Both the position numbers and the translations under genes were made by a program. DNA of 32,000 nucleotides from Nitratidesulfovibrio vulgaris str. Hildenborough. Lineage in GTDB: Bacteria > Desulfobacterota > Desulfovibrionia > Desulfovibrionales > Desulfovibrionaceae. Under the pieces are notes generated by a model. The model did no database searches and had not been told where the DNA came from. It saw nothing but the letters and a program-made list of their open reading frames with translations. The first letter of the stretch is position 1. Each line of letters begins with the position of its first letter. Of the stretch, positions 18,517 through 26,786 are shown piece by piece. The stretch is taken from assembly GCF_000195755.1 (NCBI RefSeq), contig NC_002937.3, forward strand, positions 3,510,001 through 3,542,000. The letters run 5' to 3'.

Positions 18517-18720
18517 CATGGCTACGGCAAGACGGCGCGGAATGCTTTTCCGCAAGGGGTGGGGCAACCTGTCACAGCAGCAATGCAGAACACGTTCTTG
18601 GTCACAGGCGGGGACTCCTGACGCTGGCGCAGTCTAACAGGATACCACCAGCACAAGAGTCTGGTCCGGCTTGGCACCACTCACACGCGGGAAACGGGCA
18701 ACAGTCCCGACCACGCTAAC

Positions 18721-18783
18721 AGGCCGAGGGCGGAGGGCGGAGGGCGGAGGGCGGAGGGCGGAGGGCGGAGGGCGGAGGGCGGA
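18721..18783. repeat. Tandem heptamer repeat (GAGGGCG)x8 plus degenerate and partial end copies
   Basis: I counted it base by base. Eight perfect copies span 18726-18781, preceded by AGGCCG and followed by GA. It is non-coding, since the period of 7 is not a multiple of 3. Confidence 0.95.
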
Positions 18784-18986
18784 AAAGACACCTCGCGCAG
18801 GCATCCGTCAATATCCTTGTCTAGAGTTTGGCCAAACACCCTCAGCATTCCTCGGGCAGTCACCACAGGCTCACACCACCGTAACGCCTCGCGACCCTCC
18901 ATACCTATTTCCATCAACAGCACCTGCCTAGTAGCGTCTCTCCTTCGACGATGCCATTCCACAGAGACGAGATGCGGGCCACGCAA

Positions 18987-19002
18987 GGTTTCATGTGAAA
19001 CA
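18987..19002. other. parS: parS-like centromere site 1
   Basis: GGTTTCATGTGAAACA matches the canonical TGTTTCACGTGAAACA at 14 of 16 positions. It is palindromic (GTTTCA/TGAAAC) and lies upstream of parA. Confidence 0.75.
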
Positions 19003-19146
19003 TGAACTTTTTTATTGCCCCGCGCACCCGCACCATGTCTCGCTTCGTGGATAGTGCACGCAGTAAATGCAGACAACCCGTATTGACGCGATGCGCATCC
19101 TCAACTAGCAAGAGTCGAGGCCGCACGTGGCGAGCCTCTCTGCCGA

Positions 19147-19162
19147 TGTTTCATGTGAAACT
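19147..19162. other. parS: parS-like centromere site 2
   Basis: TGTTTCATGTGAAACT matches the consensus at 14 of 16 positions. It lies 35 nt upstream of the proposed parA GTG start. Confidence 0.75.
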
Positions 19163-19196
19163 TGAAGTACCCCACAACGCAACAGGAACGGTAGTC

Positions 19197-19985
19197 GTGG
19201 CCAGAATCATTGCGATAGCCAACCAGAAGGGTGGCGTGGGCAAGACCACCAGCTCGGTCAACCTCGCCGCATCGCTGGCAATCATGGAAAAGAAGGTCCT
19301 TCTTGTCGACTGCGACCCGCAGGCCAATTCGACAAGCGGACTCGGCTTTGATCAGGAAGACATCGAACGCAGCCTGTACACATCCTTCTTCCAGCCGGAA
19401 GAGGTAGTGGATGCCATACTGACCACAAGCTCACCGTTCCTGTCTCTGCTGCCGGCCACGACAGACCTTGTTGCCATCGAACTTGAGCTGGTCGACAAGA
19501 TGGCTCGCGAATACTATCTCGCCGACCTGCTCAAGCCGCTGGATAGCAGGTACGACTACATCCTTCTCGACTGCCCGCCCTCTCTGGGGCTCATCACACT
19601 CAATGCGCTGTGCGCTGCGCGCGAACTGCTCATTCCCTTGCAGTGCGAATTCTTCGCGCTGGAGGGCATCGTCAAGCTGCTGCAAACCTATGAGCAGGTC
19701 AAGCGCAGACTCAATCAGAACCTGTCGCTGCTGGGCGTCGTGCTCACCATGTACGACGTGCGCAACAAGCTTTCGCGTCAGGTGAAGAACGAAGTGAGAA
19801 AGTGCTTCCCCGACCACCTCTTCGAAACGGTCATTCCTCGCAACGTGCGCCTTTCAGAAGCACCGAGTCACGGCAAGTCGATCATCCATTACGACATCAA
19901 ATCAAAAGGCGCTGAAGCCTACCTCGCACTCGCCAAAGAGGTCGTGCTACGTAAGCCCCAGCGCCGTGACGCGCAGGCGGGGTAG
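19197..19985 (+). CDS. parA: Chromosome partitioning ATPase ParA/Soj
   Basis: I trimmed the start to the in-frame GTG at 19197 (VARIIAIANQKGGVGKTT, deviant Walker A near the N-terminus as in Soj), which has an AGGAA SD upstream. The upstream 65 codons of the 327-aa track ORF contain a parS site and have no ParA similarity. Confidence 0.92.
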   Translation: MARIIAIANQKGGVGKTTSSVNLAASLAIMEKKVLLVDCDPQANSTSGLGFDQEDIERSLYTSFFQPEEVVDAILTTSSPFLSLLPATTDLVAIELELVDKMAREYYLADLLKPLDSRYDYILLDCPPSLGLITLNALCAARELLIPLQCEFFALEGIVKLLQTYEQVKRRLNQNLSLLGVVLTMYDVRNKLSRQVKNEVRKCFPDHLFETVIPRNVRLSEAPSHGKSIIHYDIKSKGAEAYLALAKEVVLRKPQRRDAQAG

Positions 19986-19989
19986 AGGG

Positions 19990-20409
19990 TCAGCTACCGC
20001 AACCGCAACCGGGCGGCGTGAATTCGAAACAGATATGGTCCTTGAAATGCTTCTTGCGGATGGCTGCCCCGCACTGGCGACACGTGAACACGAGCATACC
20101 CGAAAGGGTGGCGTTACGAAGCCTGAACGGATGCACGGGATCGTTCTCCCAGTCCTCCGTGGCAGCACCGCAATGGTCGCAATGGACGTCAGGAACATAA
20201 GGATACCTGAAATCCCAATAGTCCTTGAACATCTTCAGGTCTTCGACAGGTTCGGGCCTCTCGGTGGGGTACATCACCTCCAGCGCCTGTTCGAGAACGG
20301 GCATGACCTTGCGTTCGACAGCACGCCACAGGTCGGGGCTGAGCATCACGCCGTACAGGTCGCCATGCCTGTCGAACAACCGGACAACGTGGGCATCTCT
20401 CTCGTTCAT
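19990..20409 (-). CDS. Hypothetical Zn-ribbon protein (139 aa), convergent with parA and divergent from parB
   Basis: I trimmed the start to the ATG at 20409 (MNERDAHVVRLF...), which has a GGAG SD 6 nt upstream. It has two CxxC pairs (CDHC and CRQC) and the C-terminus GCGCGS. The amino-acid mix is varied (K, F, Y, W, D) and codon usage looks real. I cannot name a family. Confidence 0.65.
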   Translation of the reverse strand: MNERDAHVVRLFDRHGDLYGVMLSPDLWRAVERKVMPVLEQALEVMYPTERPEPVEDLKMFKDYWDFRYPYVPDVHCDHCGAATEDWENDPVHPFRLRNATLSGMLVFTCRQCGAAIRKKHFKDHICFEFTPPGCGCGS

Positions 20410-20485
20410 GGTTTCTCCGGACGGGATGGTTTGAAAGTCGCCCACCACAGTTAGAGCAACACGTTTGAAAGTCAAGGAGATGGAT

Positions 20486-21400
20486 ATGGCAGGAAACCAA
20501 CGCGGCCTCGGTCGTGGCCTGGACGCCCTCTTCAAGAATACCGTCGAACCTTCGGCAGCGTCGGACATCACCAGTCTTCCGGTACGCTCACTGGCCCCCA
20601 ACCCGGCACAGCCACGCAAGCACTTCGATGAGAGTGCACTTCAGGAACTCGCCGACTCCATCAGGGCAAAGGGCGTGCTGCAACCTTTGCTGGTGAGGCC
20701 CGTGCGCGGCACCGAACCGCAACAATATGAGATCATCGCCGGTGAAAGACGCTGGCGGGCCAGCAGACTGGCAGGGTTGCGCGAAGTGCCGGTCCTTGTG
20801 CGCGACCTCTCCGACCAGGAGACGCTCGCGGTCGCCCTCATCGAGAACCTGCAACGCGAGGACCTGAACCCGGTCGAAGAAGCCCTCGCCATGCACGACC
20901 TGCGCGAACAATTCAGTCTCAGTCAGGAAGAGCTCGCTCGCCAGCTTGGCAAGAGCAGACCTGCTGTGGCCAATACACTGCGCCTTCTGCAACTGCCACA
21001 AGAATCACTGGATGATGTGAGGTCCGGGCGTCTCACACCGGGTCATGCACGCGCACTGCTGGGTGTGACCGACCAGACGGCCCAAGAGACACTGCGTTCC
21101 GCAATCATCGAGCAAAGTCTCACCGTACGTGATGCGGAAGCCGCGGCTACCTACTGGAAGGAACACGGCACGCTTCCCGACACCCTCGCGCACGTCCCCC
21201 ATCGGGCACAGACGCCACGCAACAAGGCGATGCGCACGAAGACGCCAGAAGTGAAACTACTGCAAAAGCGCATTGCGGACACGCTGTCACTCAAGGCCTC
21301 GGTCAGCGGGACAGAACAGAAGGGCAGGGTGACCATCGCCTTCGACAGCCCGGACGACCTTGCACGGCTTCTCGCCCGCCTTGGGCTTTCCAACCACTAA
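20486..21400 (+). CDS. parB: Chromosome partitioning protein ParB/Spo0J
   Basis: I trimmed the start to the ATG at 20486 (MAGNQRGLGRGLDALF), which has an AAGGAG SD 6 nt upstream. The ParB box GERRWRASRLAG and an HTH region are present. Confidence 0.92.
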   Translation: MAGNQRGLGRGLDALFKNTVEPSAASDITSLPVRSLAPNPAQPRKHFDESALQELADSIRAKGVLQPLLVRPVRGTEPQQYEIIAGERRWRASRLAGLREVPVLVRDLSDQETLAVALIENLQREDLNPVEEALAMHDLREQFSLSQEELARQLGKSRPAVANTLRLLQLPQESLDDVRSGRLTPGHARALLGVTDQTAQETLRSAIIEQSLTVRDAEAAATYWKEHGTLPDTLAHVPHRAQTPRNKAMRTKTPEVKLLQKRIADTLSLKASVSGTEQKGRVTIAFDSPDDLARLLARLGLSNH

Positions 21401-21410
21401 TCCACGCAGC

Positions 21411-22436
21411 ATGAACGGATACACCATAGATAAAGAGCGACTCCTTGCCAGTGTCGCCGGACTTGCAGGCAACGAAGTGCTCATCGTCGGCGACGTCATG
21501 GTCGACGAGTACCTGATGGGCGACGCCGAGCGCATCTCTCCCGAAGCCCCGGTGCCCGTGGTGCATGTCACCGAAGACAGGCACCTCGTGGGCGGTGCGG
21601 GCAACGTTGCGCGCAACGTGCGCACCCTTGGCGGGGTACCACGCCTCATCTCCGTCTGCGGTACAGGCACAAGGGCGGCGCTTCTCCGGCGCGTCCTCGA
21701 CAATGAAGGCATCGAACCACAACTTGTGGAGATTCCGGGACGCCCTACGACCATCAAGACGCGAGTCATCGCCCGCCAGCAACAGATGCTGCGCATCGAC
21801 CGCGAAGATGCCTCTCCGGTCGGCGGAGTGCATCTCGACAGATTGCTGGCACTGGTACAGGACGCACTGGCTGACACGCGCGTGGTCGTGGTCTCCGACT
21901 ACGGAAAGGGCATTGTGACAGCCTCGTTCATGGAAAGACTTTCCGCCATGTGCGCTGCGTCCTCCACAAGACCGCTGATTCTCGTCGACCCCAAGACGCC
22001 TAATTTTCACCTGTACAAGGGGGTGCACATGCTTACCCCCAACACCAAGGAAACGAGTGAGGGGGCAGGCTTGCCAGCAGGCAACAGGGAACAGATTCGG
22101 GCTGCTGCCGCGGCAATCTTCCGCAAGCTTGATTGCGAACACCTGCTCACGACGCTGGGACCACAGGGGATGGCGCTCTTCATGACACCGGACGATGCGT
22201 GGCATGTGCCGACTGTCGCCCAGAAGGTCTACGACGTGACGGGGGCGGGTGATACCGTCATCGCGACGGTGGGACTGTGCCTGGCATCAGGGTTGCCCTT
22301 GCTGGAAAGCTGCATTCTCGCCAACTATGCCGCGGGCATCGTGGTAGGTCAGGTGGGGGCGGCAACGGCGTCGCCCGACGAATTGCGCCACGCCATCGCC
22401 ACGCTGGACGTACCACAGGTCAACCGCTGGCAATAG
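21411..22436 (+). CDS. rfaE1: D-glycero-beta-D-manno-heptose-7-phosphate kinase (RfaE/HldE domain I only)
   Basis: I trimmed the start to the ATG at 21411 (MNGYTIDKERL...). The pfkB/ribokinase family is indicated by an N-terminal VGDVMVDEY...PEAPVPV and a C-terminal DVTGAGDTV motif. At 341 aa there is no adenylyltransferase domain. Confidence 0.85.
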   Translation: MNGYTIDKERLLASVAGLAGNEVLIVGDVMVDEYLMGDAERISPEAPVPVVHVTEDRHLVGGAGNVARNVRTLGGVPRLISVCGTGTRAALLRRVLDNEGIEPQLVEIPGRPTTIKTRVIARQQQMLRIDREDASPVGGVHLDRLLALVQDALADTRVVVVSDYGKGIVTASFMERLSAMCAASSTRPLILVDPKTPNFHLYKGVHMLTPNTKETSEGAGLPAGNREQIRAAAAAIFRKLDCEHLLTTLGPQGMALFMTPDDAWHVPTVAQKVYDVTGAGDTVIATVGLCLASGLPLLESCILANYAAGIVVGQVGAATASPDELRHAIATLDVPQVNRWQ

Positions 22437-22486
22437 CGGCATCTGTACAGGGTGATGGACCGGACGAAGACACAGACATGTTCCAC

Positions 22487-22502
22487 GGTTTCCCGTGAAA
22501 CA
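22487..22502. other. parS: parS-like centromere site 3
   Basis: GGTTTCCCGTGAAACA matches the consensus at 14 of 16 positions. It lies in the 81-nt spacer between rfaE1 and the DUF1992 gene. A half-site-like TGTTCCACG lies immediately upstream. Confidence 0.7.
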
Positions 22503-22517
22503 TGACAAGAGGCGAAC

Positions 22518-22898
22518 ATGGACGCCATCACGCTCATTGCGGAAAAGCGCATAACCGAAGCGCAAGAAGAGGGTGCCTTCGAGAATCTGCCCGGCACGGG
22601 AAAACCGCTCTCAATCGAAGATGATTCGCTCATCCCTGAAGACTTGCGCATGGCATACAAGATTCTGCGAAACGCAGGCTATCTGCCCTCCGAGATCCAG
22701 GACAGGAAAGAAGTGCAGACCATGCTTGAATTACTGGAGAATTGCGCAGATGAACGGGACAAGGTACGGCAGATGCGCAAACTCGAGGTCATCCTGCGCC
22801 GGATACTCGACAGACGCGGGAAGCCGGTGCCCCTATCCGATGATGATGCCTATTATGCGAGCATCCTTGAGCGAATCACACTCCAGCCAAAGCCTTGA
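22518..22898 (+). CDS. DUF1992 (DnaJC28-like) domain protein
   Basis: The 126-aa ORF contains IAEKRITEAQEEGAFENLPGTGKPL...LRMAYKILRNAGYLP, the characteristic DUF1992 motif. An AAGAGG SD lies 6 nt upstream. Confidence 0.85.
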   Translation: MDAITLIAEKRITEAQEEGAFENLPGTGKPLSIEDDSLIPEDLRMAYKILRNAGYLPSEIQDRKEVQTMLELLENCADERDKVRQMRKLEVILRRILDRRGKPVPLSDDDAYYASILERITLQPKP

Positions 22899-22994
22899 AT
22901 ACGACAAGACCGGTGTGATGCAAGCAGCCATACGGCAAGCCGCAAGGTACACGCCACGCCCGTTGCGATACGGTGGTAGCCGGATAAACAGCCC

Positions 22995-24518
22995 CTAAGC
23001 CTTCCTCAACCGGGCTGCATAGAAGAATTCGCGCGAGACATCCTCAAGGGGTGTCTCGTACGCGATTTCAAGTCTCGCATCCAGATGACGTTCAAGAAAT
23101 GCCGCAATCCGCAACTCGTTTTCTTGCGGATTGCGGGTACACGTTATGTAGGCGAGTACGCCATCTGAACGCAGACAGGGCCAGACGGCATCGAGAATGG
23201 CCTCTTGAAGGGCAACAAGTTCCGCAATCTGTGCCGTGGTTCGCTTACGCTTGATGTCGGGCCTGCGGCTTAACGTGCCAAGCCCACTGCACGGGGCATC
23301 CACAAGGATGGTACCGAAAAGACCACCGCTGCCCAGCCCAGAGGCGTTGACAAGCCCTGTCGCGGATTGCCCACGGGACACCTCCACTTCAATGCCATCA
23401 ATGGCAAGCGGGCTGCCGCCATCGCCACAACTCCCGGCCCGGGCCATGCTGGCGGCGCAACTGAAAGGCGGGCGCACAGCAGAGGCACGCACCGCAAGCG
23501 GCACCGGAAGACCGAGTCTTGCGAAATCGCGGCGCAACCCCCGCAGACGGCTCATACTGGGGTCTGATGCAGCAACGACCGCAACACCGGTTTCCACAAG
23601 CGCCGCAGTCTTCCCACCCCGTCCGCAACAGCAGTCCCATACGGGACCCGGCCATACCTCGGGTTCAAGTGCCGCAAGGGCCGACTGCGAAGCACCACTC
23701 TGCCGGGAAGCCCGCCCCTCGGATACGAGTGAAGTCACCTCGGAAGGTGTGCCTCCGGAGGTGAACACGACACCGGCCTTTCCAGCAGCCTGCCGACCTG
23801 TCCCGGCGTTGCCGGAAAGGAGTTGTTGCAGACAATCCGCACCGTCAGCACGGGCGAGGTTGATGCGTACGCCCGGTGCGGGATGCAGCAGCGAGGCCTC
23901 CAGCAGGGCTGTCGTCTTCTCCTCGCCGTACCCGTCGCACCACAGGTCGACAAGCCAGCGCGGGGCGGAGTGCCTTACACACAGCCTGTCGCGGTTATCG
24001 CCGACACACGCATAGAAGTCGGCTACGCGCCACGCATCGCCCAGCCGGTCCACATTGCGCAGCACTGCATTGGCAAGGCGTGAGACACCCGTGCCATAGA
24101 GTGCCCTGACAGCGGATACGGCCCAGTCGAGGGTGGCATACGCAGGCACCCTGTCACACTGGGTGAGTTCGTAGGCGGCAAGGCAGAGCAATGCCAGAAC
24201 GCCGGGGGGCAGCTTCGAAGGGGCCTTCAGAAAACGCCGTACAAGCCACGAAAGACGAATTTCCGACCTGAGATAGCCATAGACAAGCTCCGTGCAGAGC
24301 GCGGCATCCTGACGCGAAAGAGAGGCATGCGACAGAGAGTCGTCTAGGGCGGCCTGCACATCGACACCGGCGCGCACGACGGCATCCAGTGCGACGAGTG
24401 CACCGGCACGTGCAGGGGGGACGCACGACAGGCGTTTGCGGTCTCGCAACACCGGGGCGAAGTCCGGGAAGAGGACGCCCGGTTGCGGGCAGGGAAGGTC
24501 GGAGGTCAGACTTGTCAT
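22995..24518 (-). CDS. rsmB: 16S rRNA (cytosine-C5)-methyltransferase RsmB/Sun
   Basis: The 507-aa ORF has a NusB-like N-terminal domain and a C-terminal SAM methyltransferase with DAPCSGLGTLSRRPDIK and YITCT motifs. It lies in the conserved def-fmt neighbourhood. The SD at the annotated ATG is weak. Confidence 0.88.
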   Translation of the reverse strand: MTSLTSDLPCPQPGVLFPDFAPVLRDRKRLSCVPPARAGALVALDAVVRAGVDVQAALDDSLSHASLSRQDAALCTELVYGYLRSEIRLSWLVRRFLKAPSKLPPGVLALLCLAAYELTQCDRVPAYATLDWAVSAVRALYGTGVSRLANAVLRNVDRLGDAWRVADFYACVGDNRDRLCVRHSAPRWLVDLWCDGYGEEKTTALLEASLLHPAPGVRINLARADGADCLQQLLSGNAGTGRQAAGKAGVVFTSGGTPSEVTSLVSEGRASRQSGASQSALAALEPEVWPGPVWDCCCGRGGKTAALVETGVAVVAASDPSMSRLRGLRRDFARLGLPVPLAVRASAVRPPFSCAASMARAGSCGDGGSPLAIDGIEVEVSRGQSATGLVNASGLGSGGLFGTILVDAPCSGLGTLSRRPDIKRKRTTAQIAELVALQEAILDAVWPCLRSDGVLAYITCTRNPQENELRIAAFLERHLDARLEIAYETPLEDVSREFFYAARLRKA

Positions 24519-24749
24519 GAATTAGGTCTCTTGAGACAGCAGGTAGGAAGAGAGGAAAACAGCAACGGTAGCCGAGTCACGCCAGACGGTGGAGACGCAT
24601 CAAGCCCCAAGGCGGAAACAATCCCACTCGGTCAGGGTCCAGCCGTCGTCATTGCGGTACGGACAGCCCGGACGAGAACCAGAGGCCGAAGACGCGCCCC
24701 GGACACTGTGCGACAAGGAAAATGCACATAAGCCCGGCCCGGAAGAGAA

Positions 24750-25721
24750 TCAGCCATCAGACCCCCTACGCTGCGAAGAACCTTGCGTAACACGACATTC
24801 CGGCCCCTGTGCCTTACCGAACGCCGCAGCGGCATCCCTGCCGCGGCGCGACTCGTCAGGAGCCCCCCCGGCAGAGACAGGGACATCTCGCAAGAAATGC
24901 CGCAATGCGGCTTCGAGACGTTGCATGGGCACGAGCGTGTCGAGACATGGACCGTTGGGCCGTTCATTGAGGACACCGTAGACAGGGATGGGGTGCGTGT
25001 CCTGAATGCCGGAGGCGAGGTCGCGTTCGCAGGCGACGGCGATGATGAGTTTGGGGCGCGTCTGCACCACGATGCGGCGCGCGATGGTACCACCTGTGGC
25101 AATGGCGAGAGAAACGCCGTATCTGTCCCGCAGGGCCAGAAGGTCGCGGATGGGACATTTGCCACACCGTTTACAGTGGTTCATGTCATAGGTGAGCCGA
25201 ATCTCGCACCGACTCGATTGCAGGCAGTGCGGCACGAGAATGAGCAGTTCATCAGGCGTGTACCGACCGCCACGGCTGCGCACAAGTTCATTGTTGACCT
25301 TGATGAACGAATGCCGCACCTCTTCGCGCCCGACACCCATGACACGACCAAGAAGCTCCATGAGAGGCAGGAAAATCTTGATGGTGAGCCCGCGGATGCG
25401 CTCGGTACCGAGCATGGGGCGTCCGGTGTAGATATGGAGCACGAGCCCCAGGGAAGCCCATGCGATGCAAAGGATGCACAGCACGAGCAGGGCACCTGTC
25501 ACATGCGGAACCCACGGGTGGATGTTGCCGAGACCGATGTACGGCACAACCCATCCCACAAGCAGCAACAGGCACAACCCTACTGAAGTGCCTGTGATGA
25601 GGCCTATGAAGAGACGCTTGCGAGCGCCGTGGTAGTCTTCACGCGGCAGCGAGTGGGGATTCTTGGAAAGCACACAGCCCCCGTTGCATTGCGGTTGACG
25701 TTGCGGACGCGAGACCTTCAC
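24750..25721 (-). CDS. DUF116 family membrane protein with a Cys-rich motif
   Basis: It has N-terminal TM helices, then LILVPHCLQSSRCEIRLTYDMNHCKRCGKCPI...IIAVACERDL, typical of DUF116. The GTG start at 25721 is uncertain because no good SD is present. Confidence 0.78.
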   Translation of the reverse strand: MKVSRPQRQPQCNGGCVLSKNPHSLPREDYHGARKRLFIGLITGTSVGLCLLLLVGWVVPYIGLGNIHPWVPHVTGALLVLCILCIAWASLGLVLHIYTGRPMLGTERIRGLTIKIFLPLMELLGRVMGVGREEVRHSFIKVNNELVRSRGGRYTPDELLILVPHCLQSSRCEIRLTYDMNHCKRCGKCPIRDLLALRDRYGVSLAIATGGTIARRIVVQTRPKLIIAVACERDLASGIQDTHPIPVYGVLNERPNGPCLDTLVPMQRLEAALRHFLRDVPVSAGGAPDESRRGRDAAAAFGKAQGPECRVTQGSSQRRGSDG

Positions 25722-25793
25722 ATCACACGCAGCCTAGCACCGGAATGCGACGCAAGGCAACGACATGTGGAAGTGAAGGCATGGGCAACGTCT

Positions 25794-26786
25794 CTAGGCA
25801 CCTTCGCAGACGGCAAAGCCGGGGCATTCGCCCTCGCAGCGACTGAGATAGCCGCACCAGAACGCCTCGCCTGTCATGGGCTTCTTGTCGGCAGGACGGA
25901 TAGTGCGCACGAGGTAGGTGCGGTCGGCACAGGCGAAGGCGATGGCACCGTCCACAAGCCCGACGATGGTGCCGGGTACGGCAGGCTGCTCAAGCAGCGG
26001 CCCGATGGTGCCGGGTTCGATGGTGACGCGCACGTCCTTCTGCCCTTCGCGCCGAAGCGTGAAGTACGCGGCAGGCCACGGTGTCACGCCACGCACCTGT
26101 GCATGGACCTCGACCGCAGTGCGGTTCCAGTCCACGAGGCCGTCGGCCTTGGTGAGTTTGGCGGCATAGGTGGCGAGGGCGTCGTCCTGCGGGATGGGCA
26201 TGATGGTCCCCGCCCTGAGGCGCGCCAGCGTCTCCACAAGCAATCGCCCACCCAACTCGGCAAGCTGGTCGTGCAACTGTCCTGACGTCTCGTCGCAGCC
26301 GATGCCGAGGGCCTTCTGCAGCAGCATAGGGCCTGCGTCGAGTTGTTTGACCACCTGCATGATGGTGATGCCCGTGACCGCGTCGCCGTTCATGACGGCC
26401 CTCTGGATGGGCGCGGCGCCACGGTAGCGGGGCAGCAGCGAACCGTGTACGTTGACGGCCCCCATGGGCGCGGCATCGAGCACCGATTGCGGCAGGATGA
26501 GGCCGTAGGCGGCGACCACGAGGATGTCGGCCCCGAAGTCACGAAGGGCCTGCACATCCGCCTCGTCACGGAAGCTCACGGGCTGCCGCACGTCGAGACC
26601 GTGCTCGAGGGCGAGCATCTTCACGGCGGAGGGCCGGCACTGCTGCCCACGCCCGCAAGGGCGGTCGGGCTGCGTGTACACGCCGACGACGTCACATCCG
26701 TCCCACGCGAGAAGATGCCGGAGACTCGCCGCAGCGAAGTCCGGCGTGCCCATGAAGACTATCTTGAGCGGCGCGCTTTCAGCCAT
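25794..26786 (-). CDS. fmt: Methionyl-tRNA formyltransferase
   Basis: LKIVFMGTPDFAA and HGSLLPRYRGAAPIQ motifs are present. The start overlaps the end of def by 28 nt. The short C-terminal tail contains four Cys (CGYLSRCEGECPGFAVC). Confidence 0.95.
   Translation of the reverse strand: MAESAPLKIVFMGTPDFAAASLRHLLAWDGCDVVGVYTQPDRPCGRGQQCRPSAVKMLALEHGLDVRQPVSFRDEADVQALRDFGADILVVAAYGLILPQSVLDAAPMGAVNVHGSLLPRYRGAAPIQRAVMNGDAVTGITIMQVVKQLDAGPMLLQKALGIGCDETSGQLHDQLAELGGRLLVETLARLRAGTIMPIPQDDALATYAAKLTKADGLVDWNRTAVEVHAQVRGVTPWPAAYFTLRREGQKDVRVTIEPGTIGPLLEQPAVPGTIVGLVDGAIAFACADRTYLVRTIRPADKKPMTGEAFWCGYLSRCEGECPGFAVCEGA

Noticed and set aside
18671-19076. ORFs on both strands that read through the heptamer array and give RRAEGGG or PPSALRP peptide repeats
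   Set aside because: The repeats are a by-product of the 7-bp DNA period. The flanks have no coding signature, and the ORFs overlap each other and the parS region.
19002-19196. A 65-codon N-terminal extension of the parA track ORF
   Set aside because: It has no ParA similarity and contains a parS site. The Walker A motif would be displaced from its normal N-terminal position. An in-frame GTG with an SD sits at 19197.
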